From positions 1 to 64,000 of the IMG/VR virus record IMGVR_UViG_3300014208_000003: DNA of 64,000 bases; one strand, 5' to 3'. Made by a program: the position numbers and the translations under genes. Shown here in pieces: positions 9,357 to 19,464 of the stretch. Below the pieces are notes generated by a model, which had not been told where the DNA came from, did no database searches, and saw nothing but the letters and a program-made list of their open reading frames with translations. Positions within the stretch are counted from its first letter, which is position 1. The number at the start of each line of letters is the position of its first letter. Origin of the DNA: a virus.

Positions 9357-10062
9357 CATAACAGATTTTAAAAATTATCTGAAATCAATGCTTGGAAGTC
9401 CCGTCATTACCGTAGAACTTTCCGAAGCACAATACGAAAACATTATTTATGATACTATACAAGACTTTCAAAGATACAACTATAACGAAGGATCATATAA
9501 AGACTACATTGTTATCGATCTCAGTGCCGGACAAATGTATTACGATCTCTCCGGAACAAATGTAGAAGGTATTATTGATCTTTATCTTAGTGTTGGTAGT
9601 CAAGGTAATATTAACGTTTTGTTTAGTCCTGTTAATATGCTTCTTGGTGGAAATGCTGGTGTAATGAATTTAATGCAATACGGAATGGCTGATTATTATT
9701 CCGCAATGATGTACTTAAGAGAAATTACAAATACATTTTCCGTAAAATATAACTTGAACTATAATCCAACACAAGAACGATTAACGGTTACTCCGACACC
9801 AGAAGAAGCAATGCGCGGAATGTTGGAAGTATATAAAAGAGAAACTTCGGAAAATCTCTATAACCATACACTTGTTAAAAAATTGGCTTTGGCTAGATGT
9901 AAAGTATTGTGGGGAAGAAATATCGGAAAATTTGCTATAACCCTTCCCGGCGGTGGTACTATGAATGGATCCGAAATACGGTCGGAAGGTGAAGCGGAAG
10001 AAGAAAAACTCATGAACGATATTTCAAATGAATCAGAACCTATCGATTTTTTTTGCGGTTGA
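9340..10062 (+). CDS. gp13: neck protein (T4 gp13-like)
   Basis: LGSPVITVEL, WGRNIGKF, LPGGGTMNG and C-terminal PIDFFCG. Confidence 0.9.
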   Translation: MARITNITDFKNYLKSMLGSPVITVELSEAQYENIIYDTIQDFQRYNYNEGSYKDYIVIDLSAGQMYYDLSGTNVEGIIDLYLSVGSQGNINVLFSPVNMLLGGNAGVMNLMQYGMADYYSAMMYLREITNTFSVKYNLNYNPTQERLTVTPTPEEAMRGMLEVYKRETSENLYNHTLVKKLALARCKVLWGRNIGKFAITLPGGGTMNGSEIRSEGEAEEEKLMNDISNESEPIDFFCG

Positions 10063-10076
10063 CGAAAGGAATATAA

Positions 10077-10133
10077 ATGACCCACCACAACCTTACCGGC
10101 TGGGCAATGCCACAACTACAGGACGGCGAATAA
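10077..10133 (+). pseudogene. 18-codon truncated paralog of the next gene's N-terminus
   Basis: MTHHNLTGWAMPQLQDGE* after an AGGA RBS, resembling MATYRNLLYWLLPPDFEFQDGD. Its TAA overlaps the next ATG. Confidence 0.45.
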
Positions 10134-10621
10134 TGGCAACATATCGCAATCTGTTATACTGGCTCCTTCCACCTGATTTTGAATTTCAGGACGGCGACGT
10201 TGTTTATGGTGGTAATCTCTACAACCAAGGACTAGTTGACAAGGGTAAAAGAGTGCGCTTCATTGGAGTAAATCTTAAAGGTTGCACCACGACGTTACAG
10301 CAACTGCCTGAAGATAGGAACGCAATGGGAGAAACAACTCCAGAGCCAGAACAACAGCCCATATATCCAGAGTTAGCAGCAAACGCCGAAATTATTCTAA
10401 ACGCTCTTAAAGGCTCTGGCAGGCTGACCGAGGAACAGATTTTAGGTGTAGAATACTTTGCTAGTAATGTAAAGCAGATAGCTGGAACAGATTCGGAAAT
10501 TGGCGAGGTGGCGACTCAAAAAACTTTAGAAATAGTTACTACTCTTAGAAATTTGGGCTATAACGAATTCGCCACTCAGATAGAACAGGCTATGCTTCAA
10601 ATACAACAGGGGTGGAACTAA
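10133..10621 (+). CDS. hypothetical protein in GC-richer insert (possible fibre chaperone/accessory)
   Basis: TAATG-coupled ATG at 10133. Composition differs from flanks. Confidence 0.5.
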   Translation: MATYRNLLYWLLPPDFEFQDGDVVYGGNLYNQGLVDKGKRVRFIGVNLKGCTTTLQQLPEDRNAMGETTPEPEQQPIYPELAANAEIILNALKGSGRLTEEQILGVEYFASNVKQIAGTDSEIGEVATQKTLEIVTTLRNLGYNEFATQIEQAMLQIQQGWN

Positions 10622-11649
10622 TGGCGTTTATACACGTAAAAAACACTGGCAATGATACCACAGGAGACGGCTCGTTCGCCGCTCCTTATCTGACTTTAGA
10701 CAAATGCATGACTGTACATACTCAGCGAGATACGATTGCACTACTGTCAGATATAATGTTAGCTACAAAAGTCAACATGCCTGTTTATGCAGCGTACCTA
10801 ATAAACTCGATTATAGGAGTTAACGATGCTGGTGTAGAAGACGGGACTAGACGCAGAATATACGGTAATGGCTCTTGTGACTACGCCTTTCATTTCACAG
10901 CAAATAGTTATACATGGTCATGGCGAAACCTAGATTTTGATACGTTTACTGAATACGTTATAAGCAATAATTTTACATATTCGTACAGATCTGGAATGAC
11001 TAATTTCAGTATATCAAACTGTAAAGGACTGACTAACGGATTAACTTTTGGGTTTGGTAGTGGTGGTTTTTTTGAAGATTTTGAAGTCTACAATTGCAGC
11101 AGTGGCGTTCATTGTTTTTCTCTACAACTAGGCACGATTAAAAATGGCTCCTTTAGAAACTGCTCAGCTATACAATACATAATAACAGGAGCAAACGGAT
11201 CAGTAGCTCTTAATAACGTAATCATTACGGGATGCTCAGTTACACAAGCAAATTTTCGTATCATCGGTGCCGTGAACCAGTGTAGTAACGTAATAATTGA
11301 TAGATGTATTGTTCCGACATCTGCAACGAGTTATTTAATTCAGATAGGCGGAGAAGTTAGAGGCTTGTTGATAACTAACTGTACTGTCCCTACGGGCAAC
11401 TACTTAATTACGTATACGACAGTTGTGTCCACTATAGCAAACGTTGCTGTTTACAATACCACATCAGCATTAGCAATTCTTGGTAAAGTTTCTGGTGATG
11501 CTCTTACTAAAAACATTATTCAGCTAACGGAAACACCTTATCAGAATGATGACGGTATTGACTACACATTAAAACCAAGTTTTGCATGGCGTAGGAAGAG
11601 ATTTGAATTGGGCAAGTTTACAAATGTATTAACCCCGACAGGACTATAA
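10621..11649 (+). CDS. parallel beta-helix (pectin-lyase-like) protein
   Basis: N-terminal GNDTTGDGSFAAPYLTL motif and repeated N-C/I-x-N-C rungs. Confidence 0.6.
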   Translation: MAFIHVKNTGNDTTGDGSFAAPYLTLDKCMTVHTQRDTIALLSDIMLATKVNMPVYAAYLINSIIGVNDAGVEDGTRRRIYGNGSCDYAFHFTANSYTWSWRNLDFDTFTEYVISNNFTYSYRSGMTNFSISNCKGLTNGLTFGFGSGGFFEDFEVYNCSSGVHCFSLQLGTIKNGSFRNCSAIQYIITGANGSVALNNVIITGCSVTQANFRIIGAVNQCSNVIIDRCIVPTSATSYLIQIGGEVRGLLITNCTVPTGNYLITYTTVVSTIANVAVYNTTSALAILGKVSGDALTKNIIQLTETPYQNDDGIDYTLKPSFAWRRKRFELGKFTNVLTPTGL

Positions 11650-11650
11650 T

Positions 11651-13243
11651 ATGCCTAATCACTTTTACGAAACAATAGGTATAGCTGGAGCAGATGTTGT
11701 TTACCCATCCTTCTACTTATCCGCAAACGTAGGCTCTGTAGATGGAGGCTCTACCATAACCGCTACTTTCCCAAATGGTGGTGCAAGCCTATTGACAAAA
11801 ATACTATTTGGCACTGTAGAGGGCGTGATAACCCCCGTTGACGACAATAGTGCAACTATCACGACACCCGCGCTTGATGCTGGCATAGTGGATGTGACGG
11901 GCAGCTTTACGGGATATGATGATTATGTGGTTAAGAATGGGTGGACGGCAAAAAATCTAGTGAATATAAACGGAATTACTCCGGTTTGTATATATGAAGG
12001 TGTAGATCAACAAATAACTCTTTCCGGAGATTATTTCCAAAGTTCTTCCGGTAGCGTTTTACTTAATGCTACAAATATGGATATAGTTTCGTGGGCTAAT
12101 AATAAGATTGTTTTTAATGGTACGGAAGATTTAGATATAGGAATATATGATATAAAGGTTATTACAGTTTCGGGTGCTGATTATACTTTATATAGTGGAT
12201 TTGAAATAGAGGCATCAATAGGGGATGTACCTTTACCACCTTTAGAATTATCTGTTGAAGCCCTTGGATTGACATCTTTAAAGCAATCTTGGGAATATGT
12301 TCCGGATACTACATCTTTTGAAATATATCGTTCAGAGGAAATTTCTGGAACATATATACAACTCCCAACAGTAACAACAAATTCTAATGTCGATATAAAT
12401 CTTTCTTCTGGAACTGATTATTGGTATAAGGTCAAGTCTAAAAACTCAATAGGTACATCTGACTTTTCATTACCGGTAAAAGGAACAACATTAACAGAAG
12501 AACAGGCATCAAAGCCATTCTACTATCCAAAAATAATAAGAAGATCTGTAATTGCTTTATTGGATATGTTTAATGATTTGAAGATACAGAAATATGATTC
12601 TACAGGAACTTTAGTTAAGACAGTGAATGTCCCGATCCTTTTCGCTCCCCAAGAGAAGTATATGTTATTGAATAAAAGGGATGCTGTAGAAAACCCACAT
12701 TTATATAAGAACATGCCGATACCTAGAATTTCATTAGCGATGGACGGAATATCATATAATGCTAATAGATCATATTCACCAAACGAAAACATTTATTATT
12801 CCGATGGTACTGATTTGAATTTGTTATCGGAATATGTTAAGAATATAAATCCGGCCCCGTATGATTTTAATTTTACTTTATATATCAGAACGAATACTTT
12901 TAATGATTTTACGCAGATAGTAGAGCAGATTCTTCCATATTTTAATCCGGAATTATATTTGAGGATTAAGGAATTTTCTTTTCTGAATGTTGAAAGAAAT
13001 CTTAAAGTAAATTTGAACGGAACAACTACGGATTTTATTGAACCACAGACACAAGAAGATATAAGATATGTTAACGGAACTATTTCTTTGACTGTTGATG
13101 GATTTATGTATCGTCCAATCAGTTCCAGCAAATTGATTAAGAAGATAACAGCTAATTTTAATATCATAGAACCGGAAGAAGATAAATTGGTTTCTACATA
13201 TATGGTGGATTCATTGGGTATTTCCGGAACACCTTTGGAATAA
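11651..13243 (+). CDS. gp15: tail terminator/sheath stabilizer gp15 with N-terminal IPT/TIG and FN3 domains
   Basis: C-half FYYPKIIRRSVIALLDMFNDL, VPILFAPQEK, PAPYDFNFTL, QIVEQILPYFNP. N-half GSVDGGSTIT/VSWANNKI (IPT) and FEIYRS...GTDYWYKVKSKN (FN3). Confidence 0.85.
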   Translation: MPNHFYETIGIAGADVVYPSFYLSANVGSVDGGSTITATFPNGGASLLTKILFGTVEGVITPVDDNSATITTPALDAGIVDVTGSFTGYDDYVVKNGWTAKNLVNINGITPVCIYEGVDQQITLSGDYFQSSSGSVLLNATNMDIVSWANNKIVFNGTEDLDIGIYDIKVITVSGADYTLYSGFEIEASIGDVPLPPLELSVEALGLTSLKQSWEYVPDTTSFEIYRSEEISGTYIQLPTVTTNSNVDINLSSGTDYWYKVKSKNSIGTSDFSLPVKGTTLTEEQASKPFYYPKIIRRSVIALLDMFNDLKIQKYDSTGTLVKTVNVPILFAPQEKYMLLNKRDAVENPHLYKNMPIPRISLAMDGISYNANRSYSPNENIYYSDGTDLNLLSEYVKNINPAPYDFNFTLYIRTNTFNDFTQIVEQILPYFNPELYLRIKEFSFLNVERNLKVNLNGTTTDFIEPQTQEDIRYVNGTISLTVDGFMYRPISSSKLIKKITANFNIIEPEEDKLVSTYMVDSLGISGTPLE

Positions 13244-13245
13244 CT

Positions 13246-13710
13246 ATGGCCGATAAGGATACGTTTAATAATTTAGCAGAGGCGTTTGATATGAATAATG
13301 AATTTGATATGCCGGAAGAAGCTAAACAATTTGATAGCAATAAAAAAGATTTGATGATTAACGCGAGAGGTATTGAAGATAAAGAATATTTACAAGAAGA
13401 AATCAAATTACTTATTGAACAGGGAAAACGAGTACTAGATAAGATTGATAAGGATTTAAAACTAGGATCGCAACCCAGAATGTTCGAAGTCTATGGTTCG
13501 GTATTTAATTCTGTAATGACTGGTATAAAGGAATTACGAGAACTAAATAAGAATGTAGCTGATATAGAATTAAAAAGTAATCCAGTACCAACACAGGGAA
13601 AGATTGAGTTGACTGCTTCTGAATTTTCTAAGTTGATAAAAATGCAAACAAAAGAAATCGCTAATAATAACATGAAGGATAACGCAATAGAGGCAAAGGT
13701 GGAATCATGA
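13246..13710 (+). CDS. gp16: terminase small subunit (gp16-like)
   Basis: PRMFEV motif, size, and position before gp17. Confidence 0.8.
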   Translation: MADKDTFNNLAEAFDMNNEFDMPEEAKQFDSNKKDLMINARGIEDKEYLQEEIKLLIEQGKRVLDKIDKDLKLGSQPRMFEVYGSVFNSVMTGIKELRELNKNVADIELKSNPVPTQGKIELTASEFSKLIKMQTKEIANNNMKDNAIEAKVES

Positions 13711-13973
13711 GTTTTTTTAAAGAAATACAACTAAAAGAGATCCAGTATAATTTTGAAGATGCTTTTAAATTGAAGGATCTAAATGTTTCTGAGTTTGTTT
13801 TGAATGAAGAAGATAATAGTTGTAAATTTCTTGTTAATAAAAAAGACAGAATTAAAGTGGATCTATCTAATAAAAAATGGAAATTAAATGGTTTAGATAA
13901 GGGTGAAATTTTCGGAAAGAGTGTTACAGACGTTTCCGGAGATTATTTGTATGAATGTTCTAAGGATAGATAA
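13707..13973 (+). CDS. hypothetical protein
   Basis: 88 aa, coupled between gp16 and gp17. Confidence 0.5.
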   Translation: MSFFKEIQLKEIQYNFEDAFKLKDLNVSEFVLNEEDNSCKFLVNKKDRIKVDLSNKKWKLNGLDKGEIFGKSVTDVSGDYLYECSKDR

Positions 13974-15961
13974 TGGCATATGATGGAAATGAATTATTAC
14001 GAGGTGTAGGAGAACGAGTTGAATATACACCAGAAATAATTCAGGAATATATTAAATGTAGAGATGATGTAAACTATTTTGCTTCGAAGTATGTTTATAT
14101 AATTTCAATTGATTTAGGCGAAGTTCTAATACCATTAAGAGATTATCAAAGAAGGATTTTAACAGCTTTTTCTCAGGGTGATAGATTTATATTGATGGCA
14201 CCAAGACAAACGGGTAAAACTGTTATGTCGTTCATTTATATTTTACATTATGCAATATTTAATGATTCAAAAGAAGTTGCTGTTCTGGCCAATAAGGAAC
14301 CACAGGCAAAAGAAATATTAGATAGAATTAAATTTGCATATGAGAGATTACCGAAATTTTTACAGCACGGTATTAAAGAATGGAATAAGAAATCAATCCT
14401 TCTAGAAAACAATTCCAAAATATTTATCGGAACAACCGGATCATCTTCTGTTCGTGGTAAAACTATTGCACTGTTGTATCTCGATGAGTTTGCACATATA
14501 CCAAGACATTTAGCACAAGAGTTTATGGATTCTGTGTTCCCTACTATATCATCATCAAAGACAGCTAAGATAATAATTTCTTCAACACCTAATGGACAAA
14601 ATTACTTCTATGATTTATGGCAAGGAGCTATTAAAAAAATAAATGGATATGAAGCATTAAGAGTAAGATATCAAGAAGTGCCGGGGAGAGATGCTGGATG
14701 GAAACAAAGTATTATCAAGGCACATGGTTTAAAACATTTTCTTGGCGAATATAATTGTCTAAAAGGGGATTCTCTAGTAACTATAAAACATAACGATGAA
14801 ATTTTCGAAGAATGCTTGGATATATTGTCTCGTCGGGATTGTTCCGAATACGAGATTGAAACTGATCATGGTTTTGTTAAGTTCAGAAGTGTTATATGTA
14901 AAGGTCGGCAGGATGTTTTTAATATAGCACTAAGTAATGGGAGAGAAATAAAAGCAACATATCTTCATCCTTTTGTAGTAGATGGAAAAACGATAAAACT
15001 AAAAGAATTAAAAGTAGGGGATCATCTTCAAACCAAACTCGGAAAAGAATACATTACAAGTATAAATTTTTCCGGAGCTTCTGTAGTATATGATGTAGTA
15101 GATGTTCAAAACACTTCTTCAACATTTTTTGTAAACGGAATCCTTTCTCATAATTGTTCTTTTCTAGGATCTTCTTCAACACTTATTAATTCTGAATTTA
15201 TAGAAAAGATGGTGTATAGAGAGGCTTCATTGATAAAATATGGTGGTAGTTTTGAAATAATGGATAAACCCGATATTTCCGGAAAGTACCAATATATTTT
15301 AGGGATAGATTCTGCTGAAGGCGTTGGTAAAAATTATTCGGTAGCAAAGGTTTTTAAAATAGTAAATCACCAAGAAATATTAGATGTTGCAACTTATAGA
15401 AACAACATGATTTCTCCTTATAATTTTTCGCAAGTATGTATAGAGATTTCCAAATACTATAACAACGCATTAATGATGATCGAAAATAATAATGTAGGAA
15501 CTTCGGTTTGTAAGCATATTTGGTATGATTTTGAATGTGATGCTATAGTAAATATGGATAATGTAGGATTGGGTATTAGATCAACTAGGCAAACAAAATT
15601 ACAGGCATTATTATTACTGAAAAGATATATCGAAAGTGGTTATCTAAAAATAAGACATAAAAAAACAGTAGATGAATTCGTAACATTTGTAGAGAAACGA
15701 GATGGTGTTTTTGGTGCAGATAATACAGAAGATACAGATGATTGTGTTATGGCTTGTGCATGGGGATTGTTCTTTCTGACTACACCTTATTATGATGGTT
15801 CGGATGAGTTACACGAAATATCAGAACAGTTAAAATTCGTGGATAATGGTGAAAATGATTTAGGAATGGATTTTAAAGAAGATTCCGAAAAACCTCCGGA
15901 ACAAGACGAGGATTCTGATATTGGTAGTTTAATGTTTTCGGATAATGACGATGAAGAGTAA
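13973..15961 (+). CDS. gp17: terminase large subunit, intein-containing
   Basis: Walker A APRQTGKT, Walker B LYLDEFAH, ISSTPNG, nuclease GIDSAEG and DDCVMA. Confidence 0.96.
   Translation: MAYDGNELLRGVGERVEYTPEIIQEYIKCRDDVNYFASKYVYIISIDLGEVLIPLRDYQRRILTAFSQGDRFILMAPRQTGKTVMSFIYILHYAIFNDSKEVAVLANKEPQAKEILDRIKFAYERLPKFLQHGIKEWNKKSILLENNSKIFIGTTGSSSVRGKTIALLYLDEFAHIPRHLAQEFMDSVFPTISSSKTAKIIISSTPNGQNYFYDLWQGAIKKINGYEALRVRYQEVPGRDAGWKQSIIKAHGLKHFLGEYNCLKGDSLVTIKHNDEIFEECLDILSRRDCSEYEIETDHGFVKFRSVICKGRQDVFNIALSNGREIKATYLHPFVVDGKTIKLKELKVGDHLQTKLGKEYITSINFSGASVVYDVVDVQNTSSTFFVNGILSHNCSFLGSSSTLINSEFIEKMVYREASLIKYGGSFEIMDKPDISGKYQYILGIDSAEGVGKNYSVAKVFKIVNHQEILDVATYRNNMISPYNFSQVCIEISKYYNNALMMIENNNVGTSVCKHIWYDFECDAIVNMDNVGLGIRSTRQTKLQALLLLKRYIESGYLKIRHKKTVDEFVTFVEKRDGVFGADNTEDTDDCVMACAWGLFFLTTPYYDGSDELHEISEQLKFVDNGENDLGMDFKEDSEKPPEQDEDSDIGSLMFSDNDDEE
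14756..15154 (+). mobile_element. mini-intein (133 aa, no endonuclease) in gp17
   Basis: EYN|CLKGDSLV ... ATYLHPF ... VYDV ... NGILSHN|CSF splice motifs. Confidence 0.92.
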
Positions 15962-16020
15962 AATTAAAAATTGCCAATCTAAATACTATTGGAATGAATA
16001 TAAATAAGGAGAATTAAAAT

Positions 16021-17742
16021 ATGGGTCAAACTTTAAAAACCCCCGGTGTATATACGTTTGAAAAAGATGTTAGTGAAGTTGTTGCACCAGCAGGAACTTC
16101 TATCGGTGCTATGGTTATAGAATCCAGAAAAGGGCCAGCTAACAGAAGAGTTTTAATCAATAGAGATAAAGAATTAGTTACAACATTTGGTATTCCGAAA
16201 GCTGTTACTGATCCTTCTGATTTGAATTTTTATGCGGGATTGGAATTTTTAAAAGAATCTGATTCGTTATATGTTGTTAGAGCTACTTCCGGAACAGAGG
16301 CATATTCGAATATTTTTGTTTCGGGTGCAGGATTTGATACAGCTACTTCTAAAACTATTACAGAAAAATCTACAACTTTGTTATTGGCTACAGATGGATA
16401 TGATGATGGTAACGGATTAGATGATATACAGGCATTTGAAGGATTTACTGATTGGACTGGTAATGCTTTGGTTATTGGTTCAAATTTTCCGGGAACAGAT
16501 GGAGATTTAATAGGCGTTATAGTCAATACAATTTCTGGAAGTACGGTTTCAACACTTTCAGCAGATTATGATTGGGCTGGAAAATACGATACTTCTGTTG
16601 CTAATAAAATTGTAAAGATATCGGTTTTCGTAAAAGATTCCGCGGATGATACAGATTTTCCTTCAACAGCAGCGGAAACTTGGTATGTTGCAATGGATTA
16701 TTTAAAAGATCCAGCAGGTAATCAATTATATGCTCCTACTGTTATAAATGGTAAATCACAATATATTTATGTAAAAGTTAATAGTGGTTCTTTGGTTAAT
16801 ACACTTCCGGGACTTGTACATACTCTCGGTGAACCAGTTGCGCTTTCCGGTGGTGCTGATTCTGATACAAATTTTTCAGTATCAACAGCAAGTAAGAATT
16901 CTGCATGGAGCCTATATTCAGATAAAGATAAAGTAGAAGTAAGTATTCTAATAGGTGCTTACAAAGGTACTATTAGTCAAACTATCGCTCCAACTATGCA
17001 AACAATTGCAGGAACAAGACAAGATTGTATAGCTGTTGTACAAGTTGATATTCCTACAGATAAAACAGTAACAGCAGTAAAAGCAAGTGCAGCTTCGGTT
17101 ACTACAAACTCTTATCCTTCCTATGTTGCGAAATATTTTGGATGGGATAAGTATTATGATGGTTTCAACGATAGACAGGTTTATGTTCCTAGAGCTATGG
17201 CAGGAAGTATAGCTATGGCGCGGACAGATAGCGTCGCTAAAACCTGGAATGCTCCAGCAGGTTTTAATCGTGGTGGAATTTCTTATTCTCAGGGTGCTAA
17301 TAAAGTATGGTCTGATACAGAAATTGGTTTACTATACGATATCAATCTAAATGGTGCTAAGAAGGCTCCAGATGGTTTTTACATTTGGGGACAGAAAACC
17401 GCACAACTAAAGAAGAGTGCTTTGGATAGAATTAATGTTAGACGACTAATGATTTATATTGAAAAATCTATTTCAAAATCTATGTTGCCATTTGTCTTTG
17501 AACCTAATGATGATACAACCAGACTACGTGTAAAAAGTATCATAGATGGATTCCTTGATACTATCGGAACTAGCGGACTAACACGGTACTCCACGGTGGT
17601 AGACACAACAAACAACACTTCTCAGGTAATTGATAATAATGAACTTGTCGTTGATTGCTATTTACAACCCGCAAAAAGTATAGAATTTATACGTCTTCAG
17701 TATACAATTTCCAGAACGGGTGTAAGCTTAACACAATCTTAA
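16021..17742 (+). CDS. gp18: tail sheath protein
   Basis: PGVYTFEKD, WNAPAGFNRG, WGQKT, DRINVRRL and FEPND motifs. Confidence 0.95.
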   Translation: MGQTLKTPGVYTFEKDVSEVVAPAGTSIGAMVIESRKGPANRRVLINRDKELVTTFGIPKAVTDPSDLNFYAGLEFLKESDSLYVVRATSGTEAYSNIFVSGAGFDTATSKTITEKSTTLLLATDGYDDGNGLDDIQAFEGFTDWTGNALVIGSNFPGTDGDLIGVIVNTISGSTVSTLSADYDWAGKYDTSVANKIVKISVFVKDSADDTDFPSTAAETWYVAMDYLKDPAGNQLYAPTVINGKSQYIYVKVNSGSLVNTLPGLVHTLGEPVALSGGADSDTNFSVSTASKNSAWSLYSDKDKVEVSILIGAYKGTISQTIAPTMQTIAGTRQDCIAVVQVDIPTDKTVTAVKASAASVTTNSYPSYVAKYFGWDKYYDGFNDRQVYVPRAMAGSIAMARTDSVAKTWNAPAGFNRGGISYSQGANKVWSDTEIGLLYDINLNGAKKAPDGFYIWGQKTAQLKKSALDRINVRRLMIYIEKSISKSMLPFVFEPNDDTTRLRVKSIIDGFLDTIGTSGLTRYSTVVDTTNNTSQVIDNNELVVDCYLQPAKSIEFIRLQYTISRTGVSLTQS

Positions 17743-17771
17743 CACAATAAAGAAATAAAGGAAAATAATAT

Positions 17772-18314
17772 ATGGCAAATTTAGCATTAAGTAAAAACCC
17801 GATAGTAGCAGATCCACAAAGGAACTATCAATTCGAGGTGGTTTTCGTAGAATTACCAACCGATATAGGTGAAACTTCTGCAAATGATCTTACAGTTAGA
17901 GCTACCTCTTGTGTAATACCTTCTCGCGGAAACGGTGTTCTGGAAGTTCCTTTTTATCAGATGAAAGCAGCATTTCCCGGTAAACCTACTTTTGGCGATA
18001 ATAAGTTTTCGATTACATTTAATGAATTCGAAGATAAAAAAGTATCAAACCTGTTATATCAGTGGCAAGAAAAAATATTCGCTTCAAAGACAACAGGAGC
18101 ATCTTTAGCAGCAGATAAGGCTAATATTTGCGCTCCTACAGTTATAGTTACACTTCTTAATTTTAAAGGTGAACCAATAACAGGTCTAACAAGTAAAGTT
18201 AATTTCAAGAATGTTTGGATAGAAAATGTAGATGAAGTTCCGTTGAGTTGGACAGAAGAAGGTCTTGTAACATATAACGCCACTTTTCACTTCGACTGGT
18301 GGCAATACTCGTAA
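17772..18314 (+). CDS. gp19: tail tube protein
   Basis: Follows the sheath gene. PQRNYQFEV, IPSR, FPGK and TFHFDWW motifs. Confidence 0.85.
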   Translation: MANLALSKNPIVADPQRNYQFEVVFVELPTDIGETSANDLTVRATSCVIPSRGNGVLEVPFYQMKAAFPGKPTFGDNKFSITFNEFEDKKVSNLLYQWQEKIFASKTTGASLAADKANICAPTVIVTLLNFKGEPITGLTSKVNFKNVWIENVDEVPLSWTEEGLVTYNATFHFDWWQYS

Positions 18315-18340
18315 ATTTTTTAATATAGCTTTTTTATATA

Positions 18341-18378
18341 GAACCTTTTAAGAGAAATCCTGAAAGGTTTTTATTTTT
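18341..18378 (+). terminator. putative terminator after gp19
   Basis: Imperfect AACCTTT...AAAGGTT hairpin plus T-run. Confidence 0.55.
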
Positions 18379-18399
18379 AATACACAGCTAAATATATGT

Positions 18400-19464
18400 A
18401 TGAAACATCAAATTAAGAACGCGATCATAGTTACTAATAAAGTTTTAGTTCCTATTTATTTGTATTCTACTTTAGATAATTTATTTAATAAAAGTAAAAT
18501 TGCTATTAAAGCTATGTTACAAGATAGAACTAAAACAAGTTCAAAATATTATAAATATATTCCTTGTGCATTATCAAAAGGTCTTATAAATAAATACCAA
18601 AAAAATAAAAAATGTAAGGCTGTTAAAAATATTGTTTTATCTATGTGTGGTGATGGAGGTAGAATAGTAAAATTAGAAGGTGAATTTATTAGAATTAATT
18701 GTTTTTTCAAAAAAGAAAAAATAAAAATTTTTCCAACAAAACCAATAACTGGATTTATAAGACAAGTTGAATTTTTCAAAAGAAAACAGAAATGGTATAT
18801 ATCTTATTGTTATTATACTAAAACAGATACAATTGTCTGTAATGGATTTGTGGGTGTTGATAGAAACCAAAGAGGAAATGTAGCAACCATAGCTGATCCA
18901 TCAACAGGGAAAGTAGCTAGACTTGGCCCAGATATTAAACTTTGGAAAGATAACCTAAAGTTAAGAAAAGCCAAGCTACAAAGGAAAGGAAAATTTGGGC
19001 TATTAAAGAAACTGAAAAGAAAACAATCAAACAGAACCAAAGAAATTAACCATAAAGTGTCAAAACAGATAGTTGACTACGCCAAAAAACATTGTAGAGC
19101 TATTGTGTTGGAAAAGCTGAATATTAAAGGTAGCAAAATAGAACACAGCACCCAAAAGGCAAGCTGGTCTTATTTCCAACTCGAACAGTACATAACGTAC
19201 AAAGCTTCCTTGCAAGGCGTACCAGTAATTTATATCAGACCGGAATATACCTCTCAGGAATGTAGTAAATGTGGAAGCATCAACAAGACCAATACAAAAC
19301 ACTATAAATGTAGTAACTGTGGACACGAAGATCATAGAGATGCTAACGCTGCTTTTAATATCGCTATTAGAGCAAAGAAAGCCTATGGACTTACCGGAAC
19401 AGAAAGATTCTCTCCGGCGGGGTGCATTGATGCTCCCCTAACTAGTAAAGGGAGGGTTTGCTAA
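18400..19464 (+). CDS. tnpB: IS200/IS605-family TnpB RNA-guided nuclease, no adjacent TnpA
   Basis: RuvC-I VGVDRN, RuvC-II IVLEKL, zinc ribbon TSQECSKCG...CSNCG, RuvC-III HRDANAAFNI. Confidence 0.92.
   Translation: MKHQIKNAIIVTNKVLVPIYLYSTLDNLFNKSKIAIKAMLQDRTKTSSKYYKYIPCALSKGLINKYQKNKKCKAVKNIVLSMCGDGGRIVKLEGEFIRINCFFKKEKIKIFPTKPITGFIRQVEFFKRKQKWYISYCYYTKTDTIVCNGFVGVDRNQRGNVATIADPSTGKVARLGPDIKLWKDNLKLRKAKLQRKGKFGLLKKLKRKQSNRTKEINHKVSKQIVDYAKKHCRAIVLEKLNIKGSKIEHSTQKASWSYFQLEQYITYKASLQGVPVIYIRPEYTSQECSKCGSINKTNTKHYKCSNCGHEDHRDANAAFNIAIRAKKAYGLTGTERFSPAGCIDAPLTSKGRVC

Noticed and set aside
10047-10054. T8 run as a phase-variation or frameshift site
   Set aside because: It encodes the conserved gp13 C-terminal DFF, and the downstream genes have their own RBS and ATG.
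18400-19464. Cas12f/type V CRISPR effector
   Set aside because: No repeat-spacer array lies nearby, and the 3' end resembles an IS605 right end.
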